From Psilocybe cubensis (taxonomy: Eukaryota): a DNA stretch of 64,000 nt. Each line of letters opens with the position of its first letter. Within the stretch, counting starts at the first letter, position 1. Made by a program: the position numbers and the translations under genes. The notes below the pieces were generated by a model. That model did no database searches and was not told where the DNA came from. It saw nothing but the letters and a program-made list of their open reading frames with translations. The stretch is taken from contig CM039000.1 in NCBI GenBank assembly GCA_017499595.2, positions 310,001 through 374,000 on the forward strand. The letters run 5' to 3'. Shown here piece by piece: positions 49,058 through 61,493 of the stretch.

Positions 49058-49188
49058 GATACAATGAATACATGTGCTACTTTTAGTGTGATTAAATAAG
49101 CCTACTGAGATTACTGTGAATACCAAACTTGTAAATTACAGTCGCTTGTTTGGTAAGGGAGATCGGAAAGCGCAATTAATTAATAGAG

Positions 49189-50107
49189 TCACCTGAACTC
49201 GTGTGTCGGTGACGCAGATGGTGATAGTTTCTGTCTTTGTCGTCGCATTTCTTCGATGTAGATAAATGTGATCAATATTAGCTCCGTCATATGTTCACCA
49301 GCTTTAAAGATTTCAAGACAAGGCGGCTCTTTTTCGTGAGATGGAACACTGTGTCGTGGGCAGTGGTATCGAGCGACTAGGAATGGGACATGAGCCTTCC
49401 CATGTTCCTCACTGATGTCGGTGTCGAGAAGGAAAAGCTAGAATTTACATATTTATGATGAGTGGGCGTGTATATGGAGGGATATGAAATCTCATCGTAC
49501 CTCGGATATTGACGAACCCATCTTCCACATATATTGTTTTTGATCCGGTCCAGTGAATATACGATTTCTACCAGTGAGGCTCAATAATGAATATATAATG
49601 AAACAGACTCAAAAGAAGCAATAGAGCAACGCACCCTCCGTACCAAGCCCATCCCTCCTTCTTGAAGAAATCGCACGTCTTTCGCTCACCGCCTCCATGT
49701 CGAATGATGGTAGAAGAAATTGCATGGAACTCGATCTCAGCCACTTTTCTGAAGCTTGTAAGGAGTTCCGTCTCTGCCGCCGCCTTCTGCAGGTCGCAAA
49801 TTGAAGGAATAGGGCTGTCCCAGTGAAAGTCGTGGTCATGCGATTCGAATGAGCGCCTGTCCAGCTCGTCGTCGTCGTCTTCCGGTACGATGTTATTTGA
49901 GCTGTTCGTCGACAACCTCCTGTTTACGAAGTGCTTTTCTTTCCAGAGAATATCATGAGGTGTATATCTTGGACTGGGTAGAGCGCGCCATATGACAGTT
50001 GTCCTTTTGCTGGCTTTCGGAACGCATATTGATTTGAAGAGCACGTCTCCTTCCTGGTTGCAATAGCTGCTATTCGAGGGCTCGAACGAGGTTAAATATA
50101 GATGCAT
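49189..50107 (-). CDS. DUF6593-like protein (family name recalled), 3 exons
   Basis: MHLYLTSFEPSNSSYCNQEGDVLFKS...RIFTGPDQKQYMWK...LVARYH...PCLEIFKAGEHMTELILITFIYIEEMRR; stop TGA at 49189-49191. Confidence 0.85.
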
Positions 50108-51575
50108 TGTGATATATGGCAGAGTTGTATGGATATCTGGCAGAGAAGGAAAAGGGTAATCGGTGCTATGGATATTAAACCCCAGATGAGAATTAAGGAA
50201 GCATTTGACGCGATAAGGCTCTTATAACTTTGCGAGATGCCAGAAACATGAACAGAAACGTCCGAGTGAAGCGCCATGTTACTCTGTAATGATTCCAGAC
50301 GCAGTGTGAGCAGTATGCATGGTTCTAGATTGCCTCCGTAAAATTCTAATGGAATGCGGGAGTAATTCGGGGTGTTGTTAACCAACGGGACGGCCCGAAG
50401 TATGACGGGGACCCAGGCAGAGCAATGAGAGCCCCTGAAGAGAGCCGGGTAGCCTCTTTCAACTTGAAAGAGGTTGGATGTTGATGAAGACACAGACACG
50501 ATCAGCTACAACATAGATTAGGAAACAATCAAGTCGACTTGTACACAGCAAGCTTACCATGTCAAGAGTATGATATCTGAAGCCATGTATTAAGCCAGAT
50601 ACAGAGCCTGGTACGGTCTCGTTTTGGAGCACGAAATAGGGATATAGGTACTAGAACTTGACGGTCTAGTCTAGACCCGCTGGCGGTGGCAAATCCGCTG
50701 GGCGGCGGTAGACATATTTTGAGAAACCACGTGATGAGCAAGGCTTCAGGCGTCTAAATGCTCGAGGGCTTTCGCTTTTCACTGAGTACCACTGGTAGTT
50801 TGCTCTATATTTGTGGTCTTGCCTTTCAGAGATATGTAACAGGACATTGTGTCAATTTATATACCAGGAGAGCAAGAAAATCTATTATTTCTAAAGCTTG
50901 GACAACCTATAAAATGCATTATTTGGGGTCAGGGATGTAGCGGAAAGGGGAAACGGCGTAAATATTCGGAAGCGACATATGTTAATCGATATGATGTGCT
51001 ACGTATGCATATGCAGTGTCCTCACAGTGCGCACTCGTTGATTGACGGTCTAATATTATCTTTATTACAGTCCATAAATAGATTGATCTGAAGCCATTGG
51101 TCAAGTTCGACCGACTAAATACACCGGAGTCGCAGAGGTTATGAGATTCAGACCTAGTAAGCACGGTATTCTGTCAAAGTGATAGCCAAACTTTAATTTC
51201 ATGTCACTTGATATATGTCTTTCTTTCAAGTTACAAGAATAATAGCTTAGGCGCTCAAGTCGATGACACACTTCAAGATGTTCTGTGTCCGTTTGAACAC
51301 GTCAATTCATCAACATCTACAAAGCGTCTTGTGAAAACTCGGTTTGTATCAGTGTTCGTTAATTTCTTAAAGAAACAGAATTTTTGGATCCCATGCGTTG
51401 TCGTCCGTTTTATCGAGTCCACCCATATAATTAAGTTTGAAAATGGTGTAATGATTAATAATGATTATTTACGAAGTGAGGAACATTGTTGAAGTAGGTA
51501 TGTAAAACGGCCTGTGGCAAGTAAGCTTACAGACCATATTGATGAAGTGGATGACAATGGTCAAAGGAACTGGCT

Positions 51576-52566
51576 TTAGAGACGAGCACCGATAGCGTTA
51601 TCCGGATCATCGATCGCAAGGACGGGGACCCAGTTTTGATAGTAGTTTATCCCCAGCAGCCGCACGGAGCGGTAGTCGATGTGACGGATGTCCCAGAGGC
51701 GATTGCGCTTGTTAAGTGCTTGGCATGAATAGTTCTGTAAAAGTATTGCGTCATGCAGCAGGTCAGTGGGAAGCCATGATGGGAGATGAACACGTTCCGA
51801 TGATAGCAAAGATGAAGGGGAGAAAAAACGCGACACGTACATGTTTCACGACGGTGTGCGGTAAGAGGACTTCGCGCACTTGTCTGCCGACCTCAAGCGC
51901 GACCTCTTGACGAGTATAGAACCCCTGCCCAGGGCTGCAAGGCAGGTTGCTCAGGCGTCCGATGCGCTCAACACCAGGCCACTACACAAGAAAAAAAAAG
52001 TTCGTCAACCACGAGGCATCGCGGGGATAGAAGACGGTGGAAACACGATATATGTATGATACAACACTTACATCGATTTCCACACGTGTGCGCTTCCAGC
52101 CCCTGTCCTTAAAAACCGGATCGTCCGGGTGGTCGATGCGCACGGTATCGAGCTTGTGGAGGTAGATGCCCGGCTTTCCCTTGACGCTGAACACGATGGT
52201 ATCGGTAAATGTTATGTGCGAGTTCTGCGGGAGGCGCGGGACGATGACCACGTATTCGAGGTTCTCTTGGTAGGCGCGCATGTTGGCTTCGTGTTCGCCA
52301 TTTATGATGGTTGCGGCGGTGGGCACTGGCTTGTTGATAAGAGACAGACAGTAGCGGCCACCGGGAACTAGTAAACAGGCCTTGAACATGTTTGTCTTAT
52401 CGATAACCTGTAGGCAGGTAAGTAAAATCGCAGTGAATGCTGAATAATGTACAATACATACCATACTTGAAATTTCGGGTTGATTGGTTAACATCAGACT
52501 CTGAGGTGAGACGAAGTTAATGTCAAGAGGGTTATTGCCGCTCCATTCGTAGTCGTCGAAAGACAT
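51576..52566 (-). CDS. Short DUF6741-like protein, 4 exons; distant paralogue of the duplicated gene
   Basis: Spliced: IVFSVKGKPGIYL...IDHPDDPVF...TRVEID|WPGV...GFYTRQEVALEVG...LWDIRHIDYRSVRLLGINYYQNWVPVL. Confidence 0.85.
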
Positions 52567-53168
52567 TGTGGAGAGGGTATCAGCGGCTCAGAAAACACGG
52601 AGAGACTGGAGATTTATGGTTGCAGATCGGTAGCAGTTAATGAAGAAGTCACGAAAATATATATAGCTCTGTTAGAACAAGACCATCTGCATTGGTGAGT
52701 CTTCAGAGCGAGTGTTCAAAGGGCTCTGTGGCTCTACAAGGTCAGGAACACAAGCCTAGTTCACATTGTGCTCGTTGCCGTTTCCGAGGTACAAGCTGAT
52801 TAGAAGTTGAACGGGGTATTTGTCTTCCATTAACAGAACCAAGAGAAACTGATTCCCAGAACAAAATAGAAGAGGGCCATTAATGTGGATCCGTGAAATA
52901 GAAGAATAATTGCGATGAGGGAAGAGTTTGTGATATGTTTTCCGCGAAGAGTGGGCAGTTCTAAGAGCAGAATTGACCAGCCCTAAAGTGATCAAAGTGC
53001 AAACAAGGTCAATTTCAAAAAATTGAAGCAAGATTGATCTGGCATTTGTATTGTTTCTTAAATCTTCGGCTGTACCCTCTTCCCTTTTCCTTTCCTCCTC
53101 GAAGCATTAACTTGCTTTTTTCCTACAAAGCACCTCAGAGTCTAGTCTTTCTCCTGTAAACCTCTAAA

Positions 53169-55719
53169 ATGGCGTCTCAGACTTCACAACAATATGCATG
53201 TCAGTTCCTCTTTTTTTTAATCGAAACACGTGCACCCATTGTCCTTTTGAATGGGATTTCTATTCGGAGGATTCTAGCTTTTAAAGGGTGTACAATTGGG
53301 TGCCTGTAGAGGCTGCGTTGTTATGGTTTTCATAGACGAACAATGTGCTGATCCGATTATTTTGTGATATGCAGTCCGTGCCCAAAAGTCTCTCGGTCTC
53401 GTCAACGGGACTCCAGATTACACTCCGGTCGCCGGATTCGTTGCGCCAGATGTACCTGCTCGAACGCAGGCCTACAGCGCTGATGGACGACTCTACGCCT
53501 ATGCCTTACCCACTGTGTGAGTCTCGAACAGCTCCTCGTGTACATCGGAAGGATGGTCCAGTGACCCACCTCTCACTGCTACCGAGTCGACGAAGACACG
53601 TAACTGATCGCCGCAATTTTTCATTTGTTCAGGGTCCGCATTTTCCAGGCAGAGGGTGCTAAGCTCCTTCAGGAACTCCCATTTCCCAACATTGTTGATT
53701 TAAGCTTCTCGCCTCGGGGGACATATATCTCTACTTGGGAAAGACCTGGTGCGTAGTTGTATTGCACGCCAATTGTGTATACGTGCTCAAAAGACTTCAG
53801 TCAAGTTGGAGGATGGGGCCCAACACAAGAACCTCCGTGTTTTCTCCGTGTCTACGGGAGTGGAGTTGATCGCCTTCACTCAAAAGTCTCAGGAGGGTTG
53901 GGATCTACAGTATACCATTTCCGAGTCCCATGCTATTCGCCTTGTTTCTTCGGAAATCCAGGTCTATCGCCCCTCGGAATGGTCAAAGGGAATTGTCGAC
54001 AAGCTCAGAGTAGAAGGATCGACTTTGGTTTCATTGAGCCCTGGGTTGAACCCCTCGATCGCAGTCTTCGTAGCCGAGAAAAAGGTGCGCAGTTCATGTT
54101 CAGCATGCCTGACAAGTTGTGTTTACAAATATGTCCGTTTCATTTAGGGTGCCCCCGCTAGCATCAAAATCTTCAGCTTGAGCGCGCTCAGCGGTACACC
54201 TACTTGCCAAAAAACATTCTTCAAAGCCGACCGCGCCCAAATCAAGTGGAACACTCTCGGTACTCAGGTCCTTCTCCTAACCCAAACCGAAGTCGACAAC
54301 TCGAACAAGAGCTACTATGGAGAGACTGGCATGTACCTCCTGAGCGCTGCTGGCAACTTTGATTGTAGGGTTACTTTGGACAAGGAAGGTCCCATCCACG
54401 ATTTTGCCTGGAGTCCCAACTCAAAGGAATTCGGTGTCGTCTATGGATGTAGGTGTTATTTGCATGAATACTGCATCTTTTGCTAATTTTTCTTTGTTGT
54501 AGACATGCCCGCCAAGACCATGCTCTTCGATCAGCGAGTGCGAACTCTCCACGACTTTGGAGCCTCACCTCACAACTTTATCTCCTTCAACCCTCAAGGA
54601 CGCCTCATCGCCCTCGCGGGATTCGGCAATCTGGCAGGCAAGATCGAGATTATCGACCGGCGCACGCTCGCAAAGGTGTGCACCATCGACGCACCCAACA
54701 CCTCGCACTGTGAATGGTCGCCCGACGGCCGCTTCCTCCTCACCGCCACGCTCTCCCCGCGCCTGCGCGTCGACAACGGCATCAAGATCTGGCACTGCAC
54801 AGGCCCACTCGTGCATGTTCAACTCACAGATGAGCTCTATCAGACCTCGTGGCGTCCCACTCCCGTCGAGAACGTCGCGCCGTTCGGTAACACCATTCCA
54901 CCCGCGCCCGCACCCAGTGCAAGCGTTCTGAGCCTCGCAGCCGTACAGAAGCCCGTGCCTGCGAAACCAGCAGGTGCATACCGCCCACCTGGCGCACGTG
55001 GCCTCGCGACACCATCAATCTTCAAGCGTGAGGACGAGGGAGGGCCGATGATGAACGGAGGTGCGAGCGGCAGTGCGACGCCGCCGAGGTACAACAGGAG
55101 CCCTGTTCCTGGTGCGCCTGGGTATGGCCAGGGGCACCAGCAGAATGGCGGGCACCATTACCAAAATGGGGGCAGGAGGACGGTTCCTGGTGCGCCGCCC
55201 TCTGGGACTCCCAGCCCTGGACCCGATGGTCAGAAAAACAGAAAGAAGAAGGGAAAGAAGGAGGGTGGTGCTCCTGGTGAGGATGGTGTAGAGGGCGGTC
55301 GTCAGTCGTTTGATGCAGGTCAACAACAACAGAATCGTGGAGGGAACAGGGAGCGCCAGGATGGAAAGGGAAATAAGGACGGTGGAAATGGAAAGCGAGC
55401 GAATGGTGCCGGTGGTATTGTCAACCTTCCACCTCCCGTCGTCGTCAGCCCGCCCGCTGCAGAGACTGACGCTCCCGTCACGCCTGGTGCGGACGGTGCT
55501 TTGGATGCAGTGGCTAAAAAGGCAAGGAACTTGAACAAGAAGGTATGATATTTTCTTCCTTGCGCTTTCGAATCTTCATACTTACATTTTCTCTAGTTGA
55601 AAGCCATCGAAGAACTTAAAGAGAAGGCCAAGCGTGGCGAACGACTTGAAGCCACCCAGCTTAGAAAGATGGAGGGTGAAGCCGACATCCGCAAAGAACT
55701 CGCTGCGCTGGGCGTCTGA
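53169..55719 (+). CDS. EIF2A: Eukaryotic translation initiation factor 2A
   Basis: FSPRGTYISTWERP, KTFFKAD, TEVDNSNKSYYGET, LDKEGPIHDFAWSP, LAGFGNLAG, TLSPRLRVDNG, AYRPPGARG, C-terminal RNLNKKLKAIEELK...LEATQLRK. Confidence 0.96.
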
Positions 55720-56943
55720 ACAAACTTACCACACAACCTTCCAAAATGTGGTCGCTCGCACGATTCTGCTTCATTCCCATCGGACCTTTTCGTGTGTCTC
55801 TTAATTATTTTTGTCTTCTCCCTGTCTCCCTCTACTCCACCCATTCTTTTCATGTCGTGAAATCATGTTGTTGCCGCTCTTCGTTTCTTTTTGTCGTTCG
55901 TTGGTTGGTTCCTCGCTGTCGCTCGTGTTAACGTTTAACCCCTTTGAATATAATTAATTCAGATATACATACGGATGTTTTCTTTTTGTTTTCCCTTTTT
56001 TACCCTTCTCTGTTCATATCTTTTTTTCTTTTCAACGGTTGGGTTTTGGGGTTGTACGTTACCGATTAGGTTCCTTATCTTACTTACGACGGGTTTTTCC
56101 TAGTCTCTACTAGCGGACACTCATCGGTGGGATGTGGTGTAGACACTGGCGTATCCATGTCGGGTCCACCCTCTTTTCTGATTCATGCCAATTTTTAAAA
56201 CACAAAATTGTACGGATACTCGTGTACTACATAGTATGCCTAGATCTTACGACCTTTTATGACCATTTTTCATATTTTTTGCCCTCCCTTCGGATCAAAT
56301 ACTCAATGCTTTACAAAGCAGCGTCTGAACTAGACTACAGAGCAATCAGTCACTCCCTACCGACCTGAGCTTGAAGGTGAATACGAAGGCATATTGACAA
56401 ATGATGCGAAGCTCACCGCAACATGTGTGTTCTATTTATAGAACAAAATAAGCAGTTTCGTTCCGTTGACCCGACCAGTGAGATGCTATGCGGTTAAGTT
56501 AAGAATCTGACTCCAAGAGCGTCTAGCTAACATAGTACTAAGTGATATAGATGGTTTCAAGGAATGATCGACACATTGCCGAGCAAACTCATAATAGAAT
56601 CTCCCTTCGGTTTCGAGTCAGTGAACGAGTTTAGTAGAGCACTCTCCTTGCGGTTCGCTACGGAACATTGTTCTATTCCTGAACCTTGCCTTTTACCCCA
56701 AAACTTATTGTTCGACGTCAAGTTCTTCTGTAACTTGTGTAAAAATCAAAGATACCCGACCGCGTAGCTTTGGAATAAGGTGGCTATTCAGCATGATAAG
56801 ATCATCAAGAGGGTATAAAGCATTACCTTGGCAAATCGTCCGACTACACAATCCCACCTTCACCTCATTATTTCGACCAACAAAAACATCATTTGACCGA
56901 AACATCCGCAAACCCTCCCCAAAAAAATCGCCCTACTACTGAG

Positions 56944-57890
56944 ATGAGCAAGAGTAGCTCAAACCCACTTCAGGCGCCGGCCAAGGGTCGGATTTGTATT
57001 CGTCCGTATAGGGATTCAGATAGTGAACCTATCCGAGCCCTCTTCGTAGATGCCTTTGGTACTGGAAGTGAGTGCATCCATCAAGTTCCATCCATTTCAC
57101 ATCAATCTTATATTTTTACCAGAGGGATCGATCTTACGCGCCGCATTGAAAGGCCAACTAGCAGACAAACTTTCTATGTGTCTGTACACCATTGGTTCAA
57201 TCTCACTCTGCTCTCAGGCTATACACCTGTCGACGCGATATTCCTCCCACAAAGACCAGGATAACTACAATGTCCTGATATATCTTGGGCAGGCAATGCT
57301 GCTTGCAGCCTTAGCGACGTTGTTGAACAGAGCATATAAAGTCTACTTGGCTGTGATGAAATTTATCCAGCTGGGGTTGGATGGAGACATGCTTGACATT
57401 GGCGAACACTACTGTTGGCGCTCCCTTCAATTTGATAATTCTGATTCCTCCAAAGAAAACGAGAGGAGGAAAAACGGATATTGGGTCGCAGAACTGATAC
57501 AAGAAGATGGGTCATCAATTATTGTTGGAGGAACCGGAATAGGTCTGTGAAGATTATTGGAGACGATATCCTTTCATTTTCTGATTTCAAGATATAATAT
57601 TTCCAGACGTAACTACGACTCGCAATGAGCCATCAAGCGCTGAGCTCCGGCGCATGGTCGTGTCTCCGCTCTGCCGTCGGCGAGGAGTAGGCGCCCAATT
57701 AATTGAAGTGGCGCTCAATCACGCCAGAAAGCATAATATTCCAAGCGTATATATCAACACTTCAGTTCACCAACACAGCGCACTCTCATTGTATGAGAAG
57801 TATGGGTGGGTACGGCTGAAGGACTTTTGGTACCTTGGCAGTATGCATGTCACGACATTAAAGTTGGACCTTAAAAATTCTGGCACCTGA
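56944..57890 (+). CDS. GNAT-family N-acetyltransferase with internal hydrophobic segments (NAT8-like layout), 3 exons
   Basis: ICIRPYRDSD start; AELRRMVVSPLCRRRGVGAQLI motif A; ALSLYEKYGW motif B. Confidence 0.9.
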
Positions 57891-58077
57891 TTGTCAGGAT
57901 AGTTTGTAGTATACAACTAGAATGATTTAGATTACATCTAATAACTAATACTTCCGTTTTTGAAGCAGGGAGAGTAAGTCAATGATAATTTGCACCACTA
58001 GTACACTAGTCACCAGAAAAAATAAATGATCCCTAGGAAGAGAAAGACCCACAGAAACGACAAAAATAATACAAATA

Positions 58078-58957
58078 TCAGGGTATTGTCGAACTTCGCT
58101 GGGGTGGACAACTGGTTCGCTCATGCGACGACATAGATTGTTTGTCCGCCTGTAGATTAGGAGTAGAAGAAGTCAGGTTGGCGTCCGTGTCTTGGACGTG
58201 TGGTGCCGCCCCGCCCTCCACCATGACACGCTGTTTCATGAATCCAACGAAGGTGACGACTATGAGATCAATGAGGTTTATCCCAGCGGGAAGTATTTCA
58301 AGGAATGCGCGCCGTGAGCGCGACACAATCCCTAGCTTTGCTCTGCGGTAGCGCGCAAGCGGGGTGAAAGAGTTGTCAGCCAATAGCAGCTGTGAAGCGA
58401 CAGGCCTATTGTCAGTCTTGTCTAGACCGACTAGAAGAACAAGTTGCATACGACGGGCGAGTGCACGAATATTTGCCACCGGTACTGTTTCGAATCTGGC
58501 CCAGTAAATTCCCAGAAGCTTTGGAAGGGAGTCGAAGCAAGAGTCAGGAATATTCAAAACTTTGGCAAGAAGCCGATAAAACTGAAACGCACTTTTCATC
58601 CTCTTCATCGGTTTGCTCCCCAAAGTCTCCCGCCCCTTCGATACCCAACATTGTTCGCGCCGTGATCGCGAGCGCATGGTTCTCCATACACAGCTGCAAC
58701 TTCGTCCCATTCCCCTTCCCACAATATTCCACAACCCCAATCTGTGTCTCAACATGCCCCGCACTCCGTTGATACCTCTCAATCCTCTTTATCTGCGTGA
58801 TAGGCGACTTCTGGCGCCGTGCGGGAGCCGCCATCACCTTCTCAAGCTCGATTTCTGGACTGTGCAGCAGGGGCGTTTCAATGGAGAACAGCGGTTCACC
58901 ATCTGGCGTAATTAACAAGGTAGAGGTAGGATCGTTATTTACCAGGCATAAGTGCAT
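58078..58957 (-). CDS. DUF6593-like protein (family name recalled), 2 exons
   Basis: MHLCLVNNDPTSTLLITPDGEPLFSIETP...LARYRRAKLGIVSRSRRAFLEILPAGINLIDLIVVTFVGFMKQR; same layout as 49189-50107. Confidence 0.85.
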
Positions 58958-59187
58958 GTGGTGGGCTGAATTAAGGAAGGTGACACAGTGTGTGGGGAAA
59001 ATAAGACCTTTGTTTGATGCTCTCGGAAGCAGATCGCTTACAATAAAAAAAGAAACAAAATAATCCCGCCATTAGCGGTGTGATCAACTCACCCGTATAT
59101 ATGGTTTAAAAACTACATTTAACAAATCGAGTTCGTGTGAGAGGGATCTTTTCCAAATCCAAAACAAAAGCCATTCTAATTCGCATT

Positions 59188-61391
59188 TCAACGTGCTCTG
59201 TGGAACTCCACACCAAAGATGGACACGCCCTTCTAAATAAGCTGTGAGCAACAGCATCATAAAATCATGTCAATGACAAACCTTTTTAGGACACGAAAGA
59301 GTGACTTTATTACATCCCCAAACCTTGAGCTCCTCCAAACGACTGCAAAATCCACTGCCGACACCCTTGTCGACCTCACCCTCCAACCACGCCTTTATGA
59401 CAAAGTCGTCCACACATCGACAGAAGCCGACGTTGAGTTTCCTCAGAGCAGGGCACGTCGGTCCGATCTTCCTCAATGCCTCTTCTTCCACGTCCTTCAA
59501 CCCGTTGATATTTAGCTCCAACAAGCCATCCCCAGAGTGATTGAGAATGCTATTCAGTGAAATTCCAGTAAGAGTCTCGTTGCGAGATATATCCATCGAA
59601 GTGAGAGGATTGTTTCTAGTCCAATTTTCAAAGAACTCGGACACCCCAGAGTCGGTCAACTCAGGGAGGTGAGACAGCACCAAACTCTCCAAAGTTTTGA
59701 CATGAGGAAGAAGCCCTTTGGCAAGGAACTGGTCACCGAGATCGGTGTGATTAGAGACGTTGAGATGGGTCAGCGTCTTCCCAACAGCACGAATCAACGC
59801 AATCATCGCTTTCTCGCTGCACGAGTGACTTGGGTCCGATAAATCCAAGTAGCTGAGTCCGCGTTTGAAGAGCTTGATTTGGTCCAGGAATGAGTCGTCT
59901 AGTTTTCCCACTTCTTTCAGACGCAGGTCTGTGATGTCAGGACAGTTCTTGACGAGTGCTTTGATACATTCATCGTCAAATCTTGGGCTTTGGGTGATGA
60001 GAAAGCCTTCGAGGATGGGGTGCGACTTGAAGAACTCTTGCCATGCAGGGGAACGAACAAGGAAGGGACCGAGCAGTTCTATACGCTTCAATGCCGGAAG
60101 AGAGGTACTGAATACCTTGAAAGCGGTATCATCAAGATGGCCGCAGAAATCAAGACGTAATGAAACAAGGTTTGCATTATGATACGCGAGGGTTTCAAGA
60201 GCGGGAGAAGGTAGATCTTGGGTATAAATGAGTAACTGTTCAAAGAAGTAATGAAATACATACTTGTCGCATCGAAGAGGGCTAGAGATGCATTTGCAGG
60301 ATTGTAGAACAGATGGACGTTTTCTTGGGTCCTATTTGATGGTTATTTTTGTAAAGAACAATCAAAGGACATGACTCACAATGATCTGTTTTTCGACAGT
60401 GCCTTTGAAATTGCTTCGACATTCATTGAACCGATGTCGCCAAGAGCATCAATGTCGTTGATATGTTTCGTGATGAGCTACGAATGTCAGATGCAAGTTA
60501 TTCAAAAAAGGACCTAGTTTACCTGAATACAGAGCGACACCAATGTTGGGAATCGCTTTTCTTCAAAGTTTGTAACGGTCCTCTTGTCTGCCGGTGCCTT
60601 TCTTTTCTTCGGCACCGCAGGTTTCTTGAATGGGTCGTTTCCGCCAGCCTTTGCACAATTATGGCAAAGAAATCCGCCCCCAGAGCCAGAAGCCATAGTG
60701 TACTTTGTCTAATACAAATGGGCCTCGTGTATCTCATATCACAAACGATACAACTCACCACTGTGAATTGCTTTCCACAAACAGCACATTTCTCAAAGCT
60801 GCCAATGGGTGGTTTCGAAGCAGCGTTTTTCATCATGTTCCTAGACAGCGCTGTGTACGCATCTTCCTCTTCATCGTCTTCATAATCTTCGTCATCGTCC
60901 TTTTTACCCCGCTTCTTTTTTTCTTTGGCTTTCAGCTTGGCCTCGGCAGCCTTTGTGAGTTTGCGTTTCTTTGCGGGTGTAGGTTTCTCTTCTTCTTCAT
61001 CCACATCCATCGCGTCTTCGTCTACTGCTTCTCCTTCAGGTTCGTCTAGCTCATCCGATGCGTACCCTGATGCCTGCTTCACGTTCAAAATGACATTCAG
61101 TCAAGAACATTGGCGTTATACACGTACCCTCCGACGTGGCCTCCTCCGCCTCTCGGTAGTCTCGGGTTCGGCCTCCTCTACATTGGCTGCACGACTAGGC
61201 CCTGCAACCGGCTGTTCCTCTGCGCGTTGCTGGTTCCTCGTTGCTGCCCTGCTGGCGATGGTTGACGGTGTTATGCCAGATGCCTATCCCTTGGTAAGTT
61301 CGATTGGCCACATAGTAACAATGAGAGGATCACTGACCCTCAGGAACTCTGTCAACGCAGAGGTTGGCCCACGGACATTGTTGCGGCTCAT
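59188..61391 (-). CDS. RAD7: Nucleotide excision repair protein Rad7/Rhp7-like (RNI-like LRR), multi-exon
   Basis: N-terminal MSRNNVRGPTSALTEFLR, CAVCGKQFTVT and LCHNC zinc motifs, PTLVSLCIQ, long LRR array (LRLDFCGHLDD, LNVGFCRCVDD, LKVWGCNKVT). Confidence 0.88.
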
Positions 61392-61403
61392 TTTTTCTTC
61401 TGG

Positions 61404-61493
61404 ACGCGTCTGAGTGTTGTTGTTGTTGGTGGTGGTGGTGGTCAAAGCTCAACCACCGCGAAATTGAGGGGTAATTAACACTTTCCCACGAAA
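61404..61493. promoter_or_regulatory. MCB (ACGCGT) and two SCB-like (CGCGAAA, CACGAAA) motifs just upstream of RAD7
   Basis: ACGCGT 61404-61409, CGCGAAA 61457-61463, CACGAAA 61487-61493. Confidence 0.35.
61415..61442. repeat. Compound (GTT)n(GGT)n microsatellite upstream of the RAD7 start
   Basis: tgttgttgttgttggtggtggtggtggt seen directly. Confidence 0.8.
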
